Below, one piece after another: positions 24,463 through 36,869 of a stretch of DNA of 64,000 nucleotides (its first letter is position 1; the number at the start of each line of letters is the position of its first letter). The DNA is taken from NCBI GenBank assembly GCA_040285855.1, contig JAUFOQ010000004.1:2728001-2792000 (forward strand), read 5' to 3'. A program made the position numbers and the translations under genes. The DNA is from Eukaryota sp. GEM-RC1 (taxonomy: Eukaryota). The notes under the pieces were generated by a model. The model saw only the letters and a program-made list of their open reading frames with translations, made no database searches and was not told where the DNA came from.

Positions 24463-26825
24463 TACTAGTATTCTCTAAAACATGTAAAAGTGGTCAAAAA
24501 AGAATGAACAAGAAATTTGATTTCAAATTTTGGTTGAATCGTATTGTTTTTACAATATTTAAAACAATTCCTATAATGATTTCAAAAGCTCTATTAGCTC
24601 TCAGTGTTTTTTATGAAGAAAAAGCTGATGTGAGTTTTAATGGCAATGATTGTTGCTTTAATGATATTGAATTCTAGTATTTGTGTTTATTTTAATGTTT
24701 TTAAAACATGTAAAACATGTTGAATACGAATTATGCCTTTTTGGCGTTTGAATTTTTGTCCGTTTAACAAAACGTGCATCCATTTTTTTTACGCAATTTC
24801 GGAAAAATCGCAAAAAATAGGATAAACAAACGATTTGATGTTGTGTTATGGTTGAATCGCACCGTATTTTACTATTTTGAAAACAATTCCCCTAATCATC
24901 TCCAAAGTTTTATTAGCTGTGAGTTCCTTTTATGAGGACAAAGCTGTTGTAAGATTTGATAGCGACGGGTGTTGTTTTAATGATATCAAATTTTAGTTGT
25001 TTGGTTAGAATAAATATCAAAAAATACAAAAAAAACTACGCTGGTCACAATATTTAGTCTCCGTGGAAAATTTGTCTCAGTGCACAATTAGTCTCACTGA
25101 GACTAATTGTTGTGACCAGTGTACTAGTATTTTATAATTAAGTATTACCAAAGTACACATAAGATCATTGACCTTAGTCTTTTCAGATTTGGATAGACCA
25201 ATATCAAATTCATTCAAAACACAAACATCAAACAGACTTTTACCCTTGCAACAGCAACAATATTGTTGTGTCTCCATTAGCGGAAGTGACCATACACTAT
25301 GACAAAACCATTCAACGGGTAAAAGTCATAACATCATTAAGTAGTACTTATGATAATGTTCATACAGTGTTTCTAATAACACTAATAATGAAATTTTTGT
25401 TAATTTTGTTTACATTATAATCTCTCCAATTGAAACACCTCGGTGACTGACGTTTTGTTTCAACTGGAGAGTTTTCATTTGCAGAGAGTTTGTGTCTGCA
25501 TCAATAAAACTGTTTTTAGGATTATATATTTATTAAGACATCAATAATACCATCATCTGGATGGACACCAGCTCAAAGAGTGTGCTGTTTGCAGTTTGAA
25601 CACCATTTTCTTTCCAAACTACTTCCAGTTCTCTTCAGTGATCTGTGATGACTCAAAGTCGTGGTGTTAGAAACGCCTTCTTTCATGTGTATGCTTCGGC
25701 ATTGTTCCTTTGAGATCGATGCTAAGAGTGGTGTAACTCATACTATAGAAGATTTTGAGAAAAAGAATCAGTGTGAGTAAAGCTGTGGTTATTGAAAAGT
25801 CGAATTAACTACAGTATATTGTAATTCAGAAAATAAAAGAAGTTAAATTCTCCACATCACCTCGTATTAGTTGTATAATTTTATGGACCACAGGAGGATA
25901 AAGTGTAAATGATTTGCAGTACATCCAATGTTTATTCAATTATTGATAGTCAGATAAAATTGAATCTGATGACGTGGAGGAAAAATCTACAAAAATATTT
26001 CAATGATCTAACTAATAGTGGAAAATTAATCATTTTCCAATTGGCTATTAAACTTGATACGACCTCTCAAAGACTTTTTTTATGAATTTTTAATTTTGTG
26101 ATCATTAGGGTTGTGAAACAATGTTATCTGAGAAACAAACAAATTCAATTCTAGAACAGAAGATAGTAATTTGGCACCTTTAGCGCCAATAGAGTTATGA
26201 GCTAATTTAATCTCAGTAATTATACTATTTTGCCTAAGACAGTCCACTAATTCTCTCACTCCATCGTTACTATTTTTAGTAACTTACTAACGTAATTGTA
26301 ACTGAAGTCAAGATATTTAATGCAGAGACAACAGTTTGACTTAAGAGCAGTCACAATTCGTAAGAAATCTATGTCAGATAAATCACAGTGGCTGACGTCA
26401 ATGAAGTATTGATCTAACTCACAAAATGCAGAGATTGCTTCGTAGGTAAAAAGACACCCTTTAATGGTAATCATTTTGATCATACTTGGAAAATACAAAT
26501 ACTGTATTTTTTTTGTATTTTTGTATTTTTTGTATTTTTTGTATTTTCTCAGACTCGATAAATACTGTATTTTTTGTATTTTTTTAAGTTGAATTAATAC
26601 TGTATTTTCTAGGAATCTTAAATAGTTCAGTTCAGTTCAGTTCAAAAACAGTGTGAACTGAACTGAACTAGTTCACTGACTACCATGAACTGAACTGAAC
26701 TGAACTGAACTATATGAACTGAAGCATATACTATTGTTTCCACAATAATATACATAAGATCAAATCAACGACAGTTGTGTGCAAATTCACTGCATTTCAC
26801 AATCTTCTCCTCACAAAAATTTCTT

Positions 26826-27830
26826 ATGGGATATACCTTCCAAATGTTACTAGACCCAGCGATTGACTTACGTAATCTCAAATGTCATGCATCAGAAGAT
26901 ACTAAAGTTCGTGCTATATATACATACTTATGGCTTGAGAAAACCCAAGTACAAGTTGCTCAGTTCTTTCTTATTGATCAATCAACCCTTTCTAGGTGGC
27001 TGTTCAAAGCTTTTTCTCCTGTAGATTCTTCTGATGAACACCACAATAGAAAACTCTCGGATGAGGATATCGAGTATATAAAAGAAGTATTAAACAACAA
27101 TGCAGTTCTATATCTAACTGAAATGGTAGATATGTTGAGAGACAATAGGGGTGTGGATGTATCCCCTTCAACAGTACATCGTGCCCTTGTCCATGCTGGA
27201 TTTACCTACAAAAGTGTCAGGCACTCGTACATCGAGCAAAACGCGAACTAATTGAACGGTTCGAAAGAACGATCCTTTATTATATAGGTCCAGTTGTCCA
27301 AGAACAACTATTATTTATAGACGAAGTTTCCTTTAAAAGCGATGACTTTGTTCGTGTAAAAGCGTGGTCGCGAAGAGGAGGTCCCGTATATGTTGAAGTA
27401 CAGCCTATGAGATACACTCAGATATCAGCCTGTGTGGCAATGGATGTCAACGGTTTTGTTCATGCTCACGTACAGGAAGGTCACTTTGACCGGCACCAGT
27501 TTATTGGTTTTCTTCTTTCTCTCCTTCGTTTAGGATTCCTCAGTACAACAGGTGGACCTAGAAGCTGTATTGTACTTGATGGTTGTCGGATTCACATCCA
27601 TCATCATATTTCAGAGGCAATGCGGAAGGCTGGGGTGTACTATTTTAAATTGCAACCTTATTGCCCTGAGCAAAACCCTATTGAAACTTTTTTTGGTTCA
27701 TTTAAAAAAGAGTTCGAAGAGTAGCTCCCAGCTTTGCTCATCTTGACCGAATTCAGTTACTAAATATGGTTCTGAAAAACCATATGAGTTACGATTGTTC
27801 AAGAATATTGTCCAACGCTGGATGGAAGCA
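26826..27830 (+). pseudogene. IS630/Tc1-mariner-like DDE transposase, frameshifted
   Basis: HTH (VAQFFLIDQSTLSRW), second HTH (VSPSTVHRAL), then LLFIDE, IVLDG..IH and PYCPEQNPIE. 3' end approximate. Confidence 0.85.
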
Positions 27831-27973
27831 ATATGAGATCTATAGATCTCCATATTTAACAAAGCCTCAACTGCAGTCTGTCTTAGCTGAATAATAGACT
27901 GTATTTTGTCAATAAAATATATAATCATCACTAGCTATTATGAATGAAATAATAAGAAACCAAATATACTATA

Positions 27974-28603
27974 TTAAAAATGACTATTTGGACCATTGTT
28001 TACTTTCTTCATTTGAGCAATTACTTCTTTGCTCAGGCGAGCAACGGAAGACACTCTTTTCCTGGCTGTTCTTATCAAGCTTGGAATTACTGCTACTAAG
28101 TTTTCAGTCCGAGTTTCAAGGAGTTTGACTGATGCTTCTTTAGCATCAATCACTTCTTTAGCAATCAATTGATATATTGCATCATTTTCCTTTTGCGATT
28201 CATCATCATTATCAACTGTTGCACTGGGGTTAGTAAAGAGCTGACAGATTTTAGATGGAATGGCGGTGGTTGTCACAGTTGGATCTTCAGCATATAGGCT
28301 AGCCCAGCTAGCCCATGCTGTATCAGAAGCATCAATCGAGGGATTTTCTTGTTGTAAGTGTTCGACGGTTACTGACCGAGCTTCTGATTTGTCAGTTGTT
28401 TTAAGATATTGGTCATACTCTTTCGAAGTCACATTATCCGCTGCGACTTTCACAGAGAACGCAGAAACTTTTCTGGCTTCAGGAGTAGAAGACAACCAAG
28501 CGTTGACCCACTTTTTGATTGTAGTTCGATCAACCCTTTCGAAATTCCATCCTGCACCGTAGGAGAAAAGGAATTGGTAATCTGCTAGGGGGTGAGATTT
28601 CAC
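27974..28603 (-). CDS. Unknown protein, transposase-convergent partner family member 1 (5' end uncertain)
   Basis: 209-aa ORF with visible similarity to 41726-42559 and 40190-40798. Confidence 0.7.
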   Translation of the reverse strand: MKSHPLADYQFLFSYGAGWNFERVDRTTIKKWVNAWLSSTPEARKVSAFSVKVAADNVTSKEYDQYLKTTDKSEARSVTVEHLQQENPSIDASDTAWASWASLYAEDPTVTTTAIPSKICQLFTNPSATVDNDDESQKENDAIYQLIAKEVIDAKEASVKLLETRTENLVAVIPSLIRTARKRVSSVARLSKEVIAQMKKVNNGPNSHF

Positions 28604-28976
28604 TTCAGAAGCGGTACGAACTGCTAAGAAATGTTCAAGGAAAAAGTCTTTCTACAGAGAAGGATTCCAGGTGAAATCGGCAGAGTAATACAAGTCCATA
28701 AGGTGAGGCTCCAGCCTGTTGCTTCGATGGCTCGAAAGACAATAGAAGAGAGAGACTTTGATAGATTGCGAATTTGGAAACTCTGTTACAGACAGGTCCT
28801 CACACAAAGATCTTCTAGCTTCGCTCATCAAAAAAGATATAAAAAAAGATATGTGAGAAAGGTGTGAGAAAGATGTGAAAAATGCATTTCAGATGAAATT
28901 CACTGGAGTCATCAACAAGTACATGTAGTACTCAATCGTTCCAAAATTTAATAAACCATCATGTGAAAAACATACT

Positions 28977-29243
28977 CTAATTAGCATCAGTAATTAACCA
29001 TGAGTGCACGCAAACATGCGATTGAACTGAATCATCACATAACTGGAGTCTTGTTTTACATGCAATCAGTCCTGCAAGTAAAAACAAACGCTCAGACGCA
29101 ACACTACTGGCTTGAATTGTTGCATTTCTCCAAAAAAGCGTTGACAATCCAGGATACGCGTTGTGATTTATGGTCCAATAGTGTAAAGGACTGGATGAAA
29201 CATCACAAGCAGCTGTGATATACTTGTTAAACTGCGCAAACAC
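28977..29243 (-). pseudogene. hAT transposase C-terminal dimerisation-domain remnant
   Basis: PLHYW...YPGLS...IQASSVASERLF..AG...R..L. Confidence 0.8.
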
Positions 29244-30476
29244 TTGCTTTCGACGACCTTCTTCTTCTTCCGCTTCTTCTTCCGCTTTCGGCTCTTCGCT
29301 GTAAATTTACCACTAAAAAGGTATATTTACCTAAGAAAACGGTAAATTTGATCTTTAAACACTTGCGTTCTTACGTGGCTTTAAGTTGACCATTTCATAA
29401 CACTATTGAGATACTTCATCCTACGTTCCTTATATGTGGTAAAAAGGGCATTTATGTAGCAATAAAAATGGATTAAAATGTAAGTTCATTTAGTTCAGTT
29501 CAGTTCATGGAGGTGGGAACTGAACTGAACTAGTTCACAGAGATGAGTGAACTGAACTGAACTAGTTCACGGCTGAACTGAACTGACCTAATTAACATTC
29601 CTAGTATTTTCTATATTTTTATGGCTAAAATAGAACCAGAACAATTTTTGAATAAATATGTACTGTTCAATGTTCTTCATTTCTACGTTTCGGTTGTAAA
29701 TTTGAACCATACTAGACAACAATTGGTTTTATCTTGACCATCAAAAGTCAAAAAGGCCGAAATGTCCCTTACACGCAACATTGGATAGTTCTCTAGACCT
29801 GCAATTTAATTTACATCAACTTTACAAAACAGGTAACACTAGTGTTTAACTTTTTTAAACTACCAATGGAGGTGTGAGTATGCACTTATAGGATGGTCAA
29901 AGATCTCGTGTTGATGTACTTCTTCTCGAGAACGAAGCTGTTCTTGATGATGACAATGAAGATTGCATATACAAATACTGTGTTTTTTTGTCACAAACTC
30001 GTCTGATGATGAAAAATAACCTCAACCTGTGAAATGGTTCAAAAAGTGTTGGACAGGCGTCTGCTCAGAAAAGACGGCAAACTAAATAATGGCTTTCTGG
30101 TATTTGTTCGGGTACTTTTGATGTTTTTTTTAAAGTATGTTTAGTTTGGTTGTGAAACCCATATAATTTTAGTCATTGTCATTTTTAAACAGAAAAAATT
30201 CTCACCCTGACTTTTGCGAAAATTGTTTAAGGTCGAGTTAATTTGTATTTTTCTGTATTAAGTGTATTTTTCTGTATTTTTGTATTTTCTGTATTTTTTT
30301 CAGGGAGTGACTGTATTTTCCAAGTATGATTTTGATAGTGGAACAATTCACTATTGATTGCAAAGACGACATGATTTCAGGAGTGACGAGATATTGTTCA
30401 TCAATTTAGGCAAGAAGGTCAGCACGCCATTATCTACGTCAAATATATGAGGAGAAGGATCCAGAACTACGACTGA

Positions 30477-30566
30477 TGTTAGCCAAAAATATTAGTATGG
30501 TTACTTAGTCCGTTATTTCACTTAATAAACACCTTTTACCTTCCCGTTTCACCTGTTCCGGTATCA
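30477..30566 (+). mobile_element. Solo LTR (90 bp) related to the Gypsy element
   Basis: TGTTAGCC...AATAAACACCTTTT...GGTATCA flanked by the direct repeat CTGA. Confidence 0.8.
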
Positions 30567-31777
30567 CTGATTTGTTAACGGAAAGGATTTCAAATAACGT
30601 AATTAGTACGAGACATCATGGTACCTAAGACCAACATAGACGAATCATACCTCCAAATGCACTACATTCAACACGTTTTATAGGAATGTTTGAATTTAAA
30701 GCGTCTATAAATTAAAGCGTGCAATTAAATCGGAATTTACAATTGACTTTCATAACGAAGATGACCCCGAGAAACGTCACAAAAATGAGGACAAACTTCA
30801 ATAATTAAACATAATGACCGATTCCATTGTGCTTCAAACAGTAAATAATTTAAAAATTTTCAATGAAAATCCAAGACACCAAAACTGAATTTCTTTAGTA
30901 CTGAATTTTGGTCGAGTTCTATCAATTGAAAAACTTTCAGTTTTAAACTGAGATACACTGAATCTTAAACCATCTAGATGCAAGACAAGTAAAGTAGAAT
31001 TTACTTGCAACATTACGATCAACAAATAAGCTTCTTGATAAGTGAATTGAGAGGCTTTTCTGCATCTAACTCTAGTAAATAAGAATTAGAAACAAGAGAT
31101 TGAAAATATGTGAAAAAGGTAATAAACATCCATTCAAGACCAGTTGTTTTAGACACGTGTTAGATTGTAGTACATCAGAAACACTAGTATCATTGCCAGC
31201 AAATTGACCTCCAGACAAGACAAGTTCTTTGGAAACAAATATTGTTATTAAAAGAGTGGAAAATTGTAGAAAGGTTGAGAGTGAAACTCTCAAATGCAAA
31301 TCTTTTAGGAGTAGAACTCCTTAATAGTGACATAATCTGGAACTGAAAAGTCAGATAAATCAACTGATCGAACAGCACAACGTAGTCTTTGGAATAAACA
31401 TCTTGTCTGCTGATCTTGGAGAGTACAACTAGAATGCGACAGTTTAACTTTCCTTAAGGTGGTACTCAAAGAAAACAGGTTGGTAATGACTGACTGAGGT
31501 TGGACTAGTGTGAACAAAGCAAACATAAGACACGTGTGAAACACGTGTCCGACACACTCTCGAACACTAGGTGAGAGTTGATAAGCACTAAGAAAGAATG
31601 TGGAAACAGTATTGTTCTGGAATAAAGACATTCAGAAGGAGATATAAACTCGAGGAGAGGTCATGATACCAGTAACATATCTTACTGAACCTCCCCCTCA
31701 AAAAACAGTCTAAAGAGGAATCTGCTGCAAATGATACATTACTACGAGTTGGTTGTCATCCACAGTCTGAGGCTTCA

Positions 31778-33772
31778 TTGTCTTCTAAGATCATTCACTG
31801 TCCACAGTTCTTGTTGTCATCAGTCGGTTATCAATTCCTCCAACTTCTTTTGAAGTCAACACTCAAAGTTAAACACACTGAATACCACACTTTCAGTTCG
31901 CTGGCCAAGTGTATACCCTTATTTTTGATCGATTTGGTTACACTAGTGGACGATTCTTTGAATGTTCATTTGTGTCTGTCCAGTTGTTTTTCAAAGATGC
32001 ACATTATCAATACTCTTCAATGACCTTTCTTATCTCGACTCATTCACGGCTCTCTTTGATGCTGATGTCCGATCCGTGCTTTTTACAGTTGATAACCTCA
32101 TTGAACCGGACTTTTTTGCTTCTTTTACTTCATTAGTGTCTTGTTTAAGATTGACTTTGGAGAATGATTTCTCTTTTGAGTTATTCGATTCATCTTCTTC
32201 TCTCTACTTAAAATATCTAAAAAGAATTGAAGTTACGGTTGTAAGTGTATCCAATGTTGTTCTGTTATCAAAAGTTATAAAAGAAACTACTTCCATCGCT
32301 GATGTCACCATTTGTCATCAATTTTTTCCTTTTTTCATTCCTTTTTTTGGAGAAAACTAAGGAGTTTCTTTTCTCTTTTTGGTAACATTGCCAAAAATGC
32401 AGTCATTCATACTGTTGATTTATCTAATTTTAGCTTTAATGATTCATCCGTAATAACACCACTTTTAAATAGTAATTCTATTACTAAATTGGTTTTTCCA
32501 AGCAGTTTTGATGGTGATACGGAATTTTTCACATCTTTAAACAACAATTCGTCTCTTAAAGAAGTAGTTTTGAACAAAGGAAAATTCGATGCAAAAGTGT
32601 TATCCCAGATTGTGGAAGTTAAATCTAATTTGAAAAAAATCAACATAATGATATTTTCCTTATCTCTTTCAAATTTCTTCAAATCCCTTGAGATTAATAC
32701 TTCGTTGTTAGAGGTGACTGTATCTCATGATGGTTGGAGTGATACTTTTCTGAAGAGGAATCCATGTCTTTAATAAGTATGCTACAACGAAATACTTCGT
32801 TGCTTGTGCTAGGTCTTAGTGGTTCAATGGTTAATGCATTACAGTTTCAAAGTATTATTAAAGGACTGGGCGACAACTTAGTGTTGCGATGTGTTAATCT
32901 TCAGTACTTGAGTTTTGAAATGATTATTTCATTATTTTCAGAAATTTCATCGGGCCAATTAATTCCAAAATTCGATGTTTTTCCCCATTCTATTGACATT
33001 TGTTGTGGATTGATTCGTTATCAAAACTCTGTTGAAAATGGTGATATAATCTCACTTTTTCATGTTTTAAAGTCAAACTTACCTATTAAACGGGTTTTTT
33101 GTCGTGGATTGAGAAGTCCAAATCTTATGGGTGTTTCAGCTTTATTTCAAATTCAGTCTATTAATAGATTTTTAATAGGTCTTGATATTTCTCCTCATTT
33201 GATTGACCCTGATAATGGTTTGTTCTTTTTTTCACCAGAGAGAACTACTCAATTAACTGTTGAAGATATTTCGTTTTTGCATTCTGTTTTGAAGAAACAC
33301 ATTGTTTTCGAACTTACGCTTTCAAAATGTCTGTTTCCTGACCAAACAATCACTGTATTGTGTGATTTATTAGGCTACAATAATTCATTGACTTCTGTTG
33401 ACTTCAGTCACTGTAGACTTTCTGATGACAATTTTAAAATGATACTAAGTGCTCTTCAGTTTAGTTCTAGCTCGAAGCTTAGCAAGCTTATTTTCGCATC
33501 TAATTTTATTGGAAATGAAGGAGCCATTGCACTAGCTGAATCACTGAAATCTCATTCGTCAATCTCTGAACTATGCTTGGCTGGCAATTGTATCGGTAAT
33601 GAAGGTGCTGTGTCATTAGCTAAAGCATTGAAAGAGAACTTTTGATCAAACAGATTGATCTGGCATCAAATGATATCGGTAGTGAAGGAGCCGAAGCAAT
33701 AGCTGAAGCCTTGCTAACAAACCCATTGGTTAGTAAGATCTCTTTGTTCGCAAACAACATCGAAAAACAGTG
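31778..33772 (+). pseudogene. RNI-like LRR protein gene (NLRC3-type repeats), frameshifted
   Basis: Chained ORFs 31778/31962/32312/32764 with LTSVDFSHCRLSD, NFIGNEGAIALAESLK and NCIGNEGAVSLAKALK, continuing past 33645. Confidence 0.75.
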
Positions 33773-34006
33773 AGAGTGAAAATTTCTAGTCATCGTTTAA
33801 GGTGTTAGCTCTATGACCAACAACTATTCTTAATGTGTTGGAATGTTGCTGCTTTCTCTTTTTTGGTTATCGACGTCAAAAAGTTATCAACAGTAGAATA
33901 TGAATATCTTTTATAATTGTGGATCACAAATACATGTACTTGATCGGTTTTGAATACAATTTATTGAAACAAAAGTAAATTACAGATCTGTTACTAATAC
34001 TACAAA

Positions 34007-36340
34007 TCAAAAAGGAACTAATCTTACAGCTAAAGGAGTTTTCGAGTAAGCCTTTGGACTAACACCAGAAACTTTGTGTCCCTTCTTAGTAGTTCTTATT
34101 GATTTCCTTAAAGGCTGAGTCTTGGAAGGGGACAAATCTCTAGTAGTGTTGACCATAGCAGAAAGAGCAAGAGACAATCGCTGTTTGATATCCACAATGT
34201 CATCAACACTCCAATTTTTAAAAGAAATTCCGGATTCAATTTGTTTGAGAATGATATTGTACAATTTTTCTGCAAGAACGACATTGGCAGTGTCAAAACA
34301 ATGATAAAAAGCAGATTCCGTGAACTCAATCTGAAAATCGGCTAGAATTTTAATTAATTCGAATGAATTCTGTTTTGCAGCTAAAAGAGGTAAATCTTCA
34401 TTAACTTTGATCTCCAGTCCTCTAGTAAGCATTTTAGACAACAACTGTGAGTCATTTAAATGAATAGCGATGGCTAACGGAGAAATGGGAGAACTAGAAA
34501 ACTCTGGAACAAGAAGCCATGCTCTGGAGGGAGAATAGCAAATGTCAGATGACGTGAGCAGGTCAAAAATCAAGTAACATTGATGGTAGACAGCGAGGGA
34601 GACTGCTTTTTCAACTGTATATGGGGCTGTCTTAGGATGGCCAATCAGCGACTGGCACGTCGTTTTGATTGATTCCTCGTCATGATTGAAAAGCACAGAA
34701 ACGATTACCAGAATATCAAGAACAGTCAGTTGGTGATTGGTTTGACAATAAGGCATTACCTCAATCAGGTCAAAAACGTCAGAAATGACTGGTAGATTCT
34801 TGAATTCATTTGATGACACAGTGGTATTAGGATTCTCTCCTAGAGTCAACAATAGCTGTGCACATTGAAAGTTTCCGAGAGCAATTGCAATAATTAAAGG
34901 AGTTATTGGTAACAATTCAAACAACTGGTATTCCTTCATACTGGTTATTGTTTCAATTAACTTACACTTTTGATCATCACTTTGAGAAATATGAGTTCCA
35001 AACAGAATAGCAAAATAAGGATTAAAAGCCCACATCATTTTAGATTTAATTAAAATTTGTAGAACTTGCTTGTCTGTTTTGTCAGTAGAAAACGCAATAG
35101 AATTAGGATTAGCTCCATATTCTAACAAAATTTCAAATATTTCCATAGTGGTACCAAAACACAACAGAGGAACAGAGACGTCTACTTCAGACAAAGTCAA
35201 GAAAACATTAGCGTCACACCCATTGTCTAACAAACAACGACACGCAACGGCATTACCATACTTAACAGCTTGTAGCAAAGGATTTAGAGAAAGATCAGGG
35301 ACGGATTCGGTTTCTGCTCCTGCTTGTAGCAACAACTCCAAACCAGCAACGACATCAGATTCTTTTGATTCTTTACTTGAAATAATGAGATTGACAAGAG
35401 GCGAGGGCGAATTCTCTTCTGTAAATTCAACATCAACGCCCTGGTCTAATAAGTAAGATAGAATAATTAAAATTTCAGTAGAATTCATTCCAAAAGCTTC
35501 AGTAGCTGCCAGGAATAGAGTTCCATGGTCATTCTTGTTTAATACGTGTTGACAGACTTCAAACAATTTGGAGAAAATTAAAAAATCTGGGGATATCGAC
35601 ACCGAAGCCATTAAAGGTGAAGTAAAGATTTCAACACCTGATTCCTCATCAAATATACGATGGATCTTAATGGGATCACAATCAAGAGCAATCAATGAGT
35701 CAGCATAGAATTCTTTTGACTTTATAACCGCATGAAAAAGGGCTGAGCAAGGGTAACCGAATTCTGAATCAAAAGATAGATCAATAATAGGGAGTAAATG
35801 GCGACACACAGACCTAAACACATCCATATCCACGTCATCGTTCATCATTTGATGGAACACGTCACGGTCATGAATAAGGTCAAGGAAGTTCTTAACGGGG
35901 TCTTCTAAGAAGCGTAATCCAGCGGTTTCAAGCATAATGGCGAGACAGTTCCAGCGACGATTCTTGATTGCGTACATTAAAGGAAGAGAATCCTCATAAA
36001 GAAGAGATGGTGACAGAGTAAGAAGAAACGCGGAAGTGAGAGGCTTATTTAAGGAAATCGAGTAGATTAAAGGAGAGGGAACATGAAACGACCAGGAAAA
36101 GTCCGCTCCGAGATCATGGAGAAGTTTGAGAAGTGCAAAGATGGAGTTATTATCCGGAAACCGATCAATGACAACATGTAGAAGAGTGTAACCATCCTCG
36201 GTGAGTGCTGAGATACTCTTTCTCACAGAGTTGCGGAGAGGTGCAACATCTGGAGAATTGATGTGAAACTTACTCAGTTGCTCATTCAAACGGAGGAGGG
36301 AGTTCACTGCTGCCTCCTCATTAAATCGAGGTTGTGACAT
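34007..36340 (-). CDS. Ankyrin-repeat protein (~777 aa), apparently intact
   Basis: DGYTLLHV, LLLQAGAE, NPLLQAVKYGN...LLDNGCDAN, LLEYGANPN, TPLIIAIALGN. The true start is probably MSQPRF at 36340, because the ORF-track extension runs through a MITE. Confidence 0.85.
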   Translation of the reverse strand: MSQPRFNEEAAVNSLLRLNEQLSKFHINSPDVAPLRNSVRKSISALTEDGYTLLHVVIDRFPDNNSIFALLKLLHDLGADFSWSFHVPSPLIYSISLNKPLTSAFLLTLSPSLLYEDSLPLMYAIKNRRWNCLAIMLETAGLRFLEDPVKNFLDLIHDRDVFHQMMNDDVDMDVFRSVCRHLLPIIDLSFDSEFGYPCSALFHAVIKSKEFYADSLIALDCDPIKIHRIFDEESGVEIFTSPLMASVSISPDFLIFSKLFEVCQHVLNKNDHGTLFLAATEAFGMNSTEILIILSYLLDQGVDVEFTEENSPSPLVNLIISSKESKESDVVAGLELLLQAGAETESVPDLSLNPLLQAVKYGNAVACRCLLDNGCDANVFLTLSEVDVSVPLLCFGTTMEIFEILLEYGANPNSIAFSTDKTDKQVLQILIKSKMMWAFNPYFAILFGTHISQSDDQKCKLIETITSMKEYQLFELLPITPLIIAIALGNFQCAQLLLTLGENPNTTVSSNEFKNLPVISDVFDLIEVMPYCQTNHQLTVLDILVIVSVLFNHDEESIKTTCQSLIGHPKTAPYTVEKAVSLAVYHQCYLIFDLLTSSDICYSPSRAWLLVPEFSSSPISPLAIAIHLNDSQLLSKMLTRGLEIKVNEDLPLLAAKQNSFELIKILADFQIEFTESAFYHCFDTANVVLAEKLYNIILKQIESGISFKNWSVDDIVDIKQRLSLALSAMVNTTRDLSPSKTQPLRKSIRTTKKGHKVSGVSPKAYSKTPLAVRLVPF

Positions 36341-36372
36341 TGAATTGAAGAAGATTGGATTGTGGTTTTCAC

Positions 36373-36854
36373 CAGTGTTCGAAAATTTTCCACCCGGACG
36401 CCACCCGGGTGGTGGGTGGAACCGGGTGGCGTCCGGGTGAGTTTTCATTTCCACCCGGGTGGTCACCGGGTGGCAATAAAGTACGAGGCATAAGTTTTGG
36501 GGCAAAAACTACTTTATACACCATATACAATGAAACTGAAAGTACTTTAGCAGTGTGTGATATAAAATAACTAACACTGAAGTACTTTGTTTAGGTTTGG
36601 GATTAGAAAAACCCTCTGAAAAATAAATAAATAAGATGATATTAGCCTCTCCGAGCCTAGAAATAACTCCCGTTAAAATAATTGTATTCAGGACACGTTG
36701 AACAAGGAAGTATGTATTCAGGAAGTCATGGATTGAAGATGATGGTAAGACCAAAATGATTCACCCAGTACCACCCAGACGCCACCCGGGTGGTGGGTGG
36801 CACCAGTGGTACCCGGGTGGTTTTCATTTCCACCCGGGTGGTTTTCAAACACTG
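36373..36854. mobile_element. hAT-type MITE, 482 bp
   Basis: TIR CAGTGTTCGAAAA / TTTTCAAACACTG, 8-bp TSD GTTTTCAC, palindromic CCACCCGGGTGG subterminal repeats. Confidence 0.92.
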
Positions 36855-36869
36855 GTTTTCACTTTGGTT

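Larger units (their letters stand above)
26610..29603. mobile_element. Nested hAT-derived element carrying an IS630-like transposase and partner gene
   Basis: Imperfect TIR TAGGAATCTTAAATAGTTCAGTTCAG / CTGAACTGACCTAATTAACATTCCTA, 8-bp TSD GTATTTTC, GAACT pentamer arrays at both ends. Confidence 0.9.
26481..30328. mobile_element. Non-autonomous hAT-type element (outer member of the nest)
   Basis: 17-bp perfect TIR CATACTTGGAAAATACA / TGTATTTTCCAAGTATG, 8-bp TSD ATTTTGAT at 26473-26480 and 30329-30336, TGTATTTT subterminal repeats. Confidence 0.92.
26040..31664 (-). pseudogene. Decayed RNI-like LRR gene interrupted by nested transposons and a solo LTR
   Basis: Fragments 31305-31631, 31072-31299, 30834-31025, ~30330-30470 and 26256-26498 (IDVSHCDLSD, YLDFSYN) resemble the neighbouring + strand LRR gene. 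Ends approximate. Confidence 0.55.

Noticed and set aside
36341..36505. N-terminal 55 aa of the 832-aa ORF
   Set aside because: Derived mostly from the MITE 36373-36854, so probably not ancestral coding sequence.
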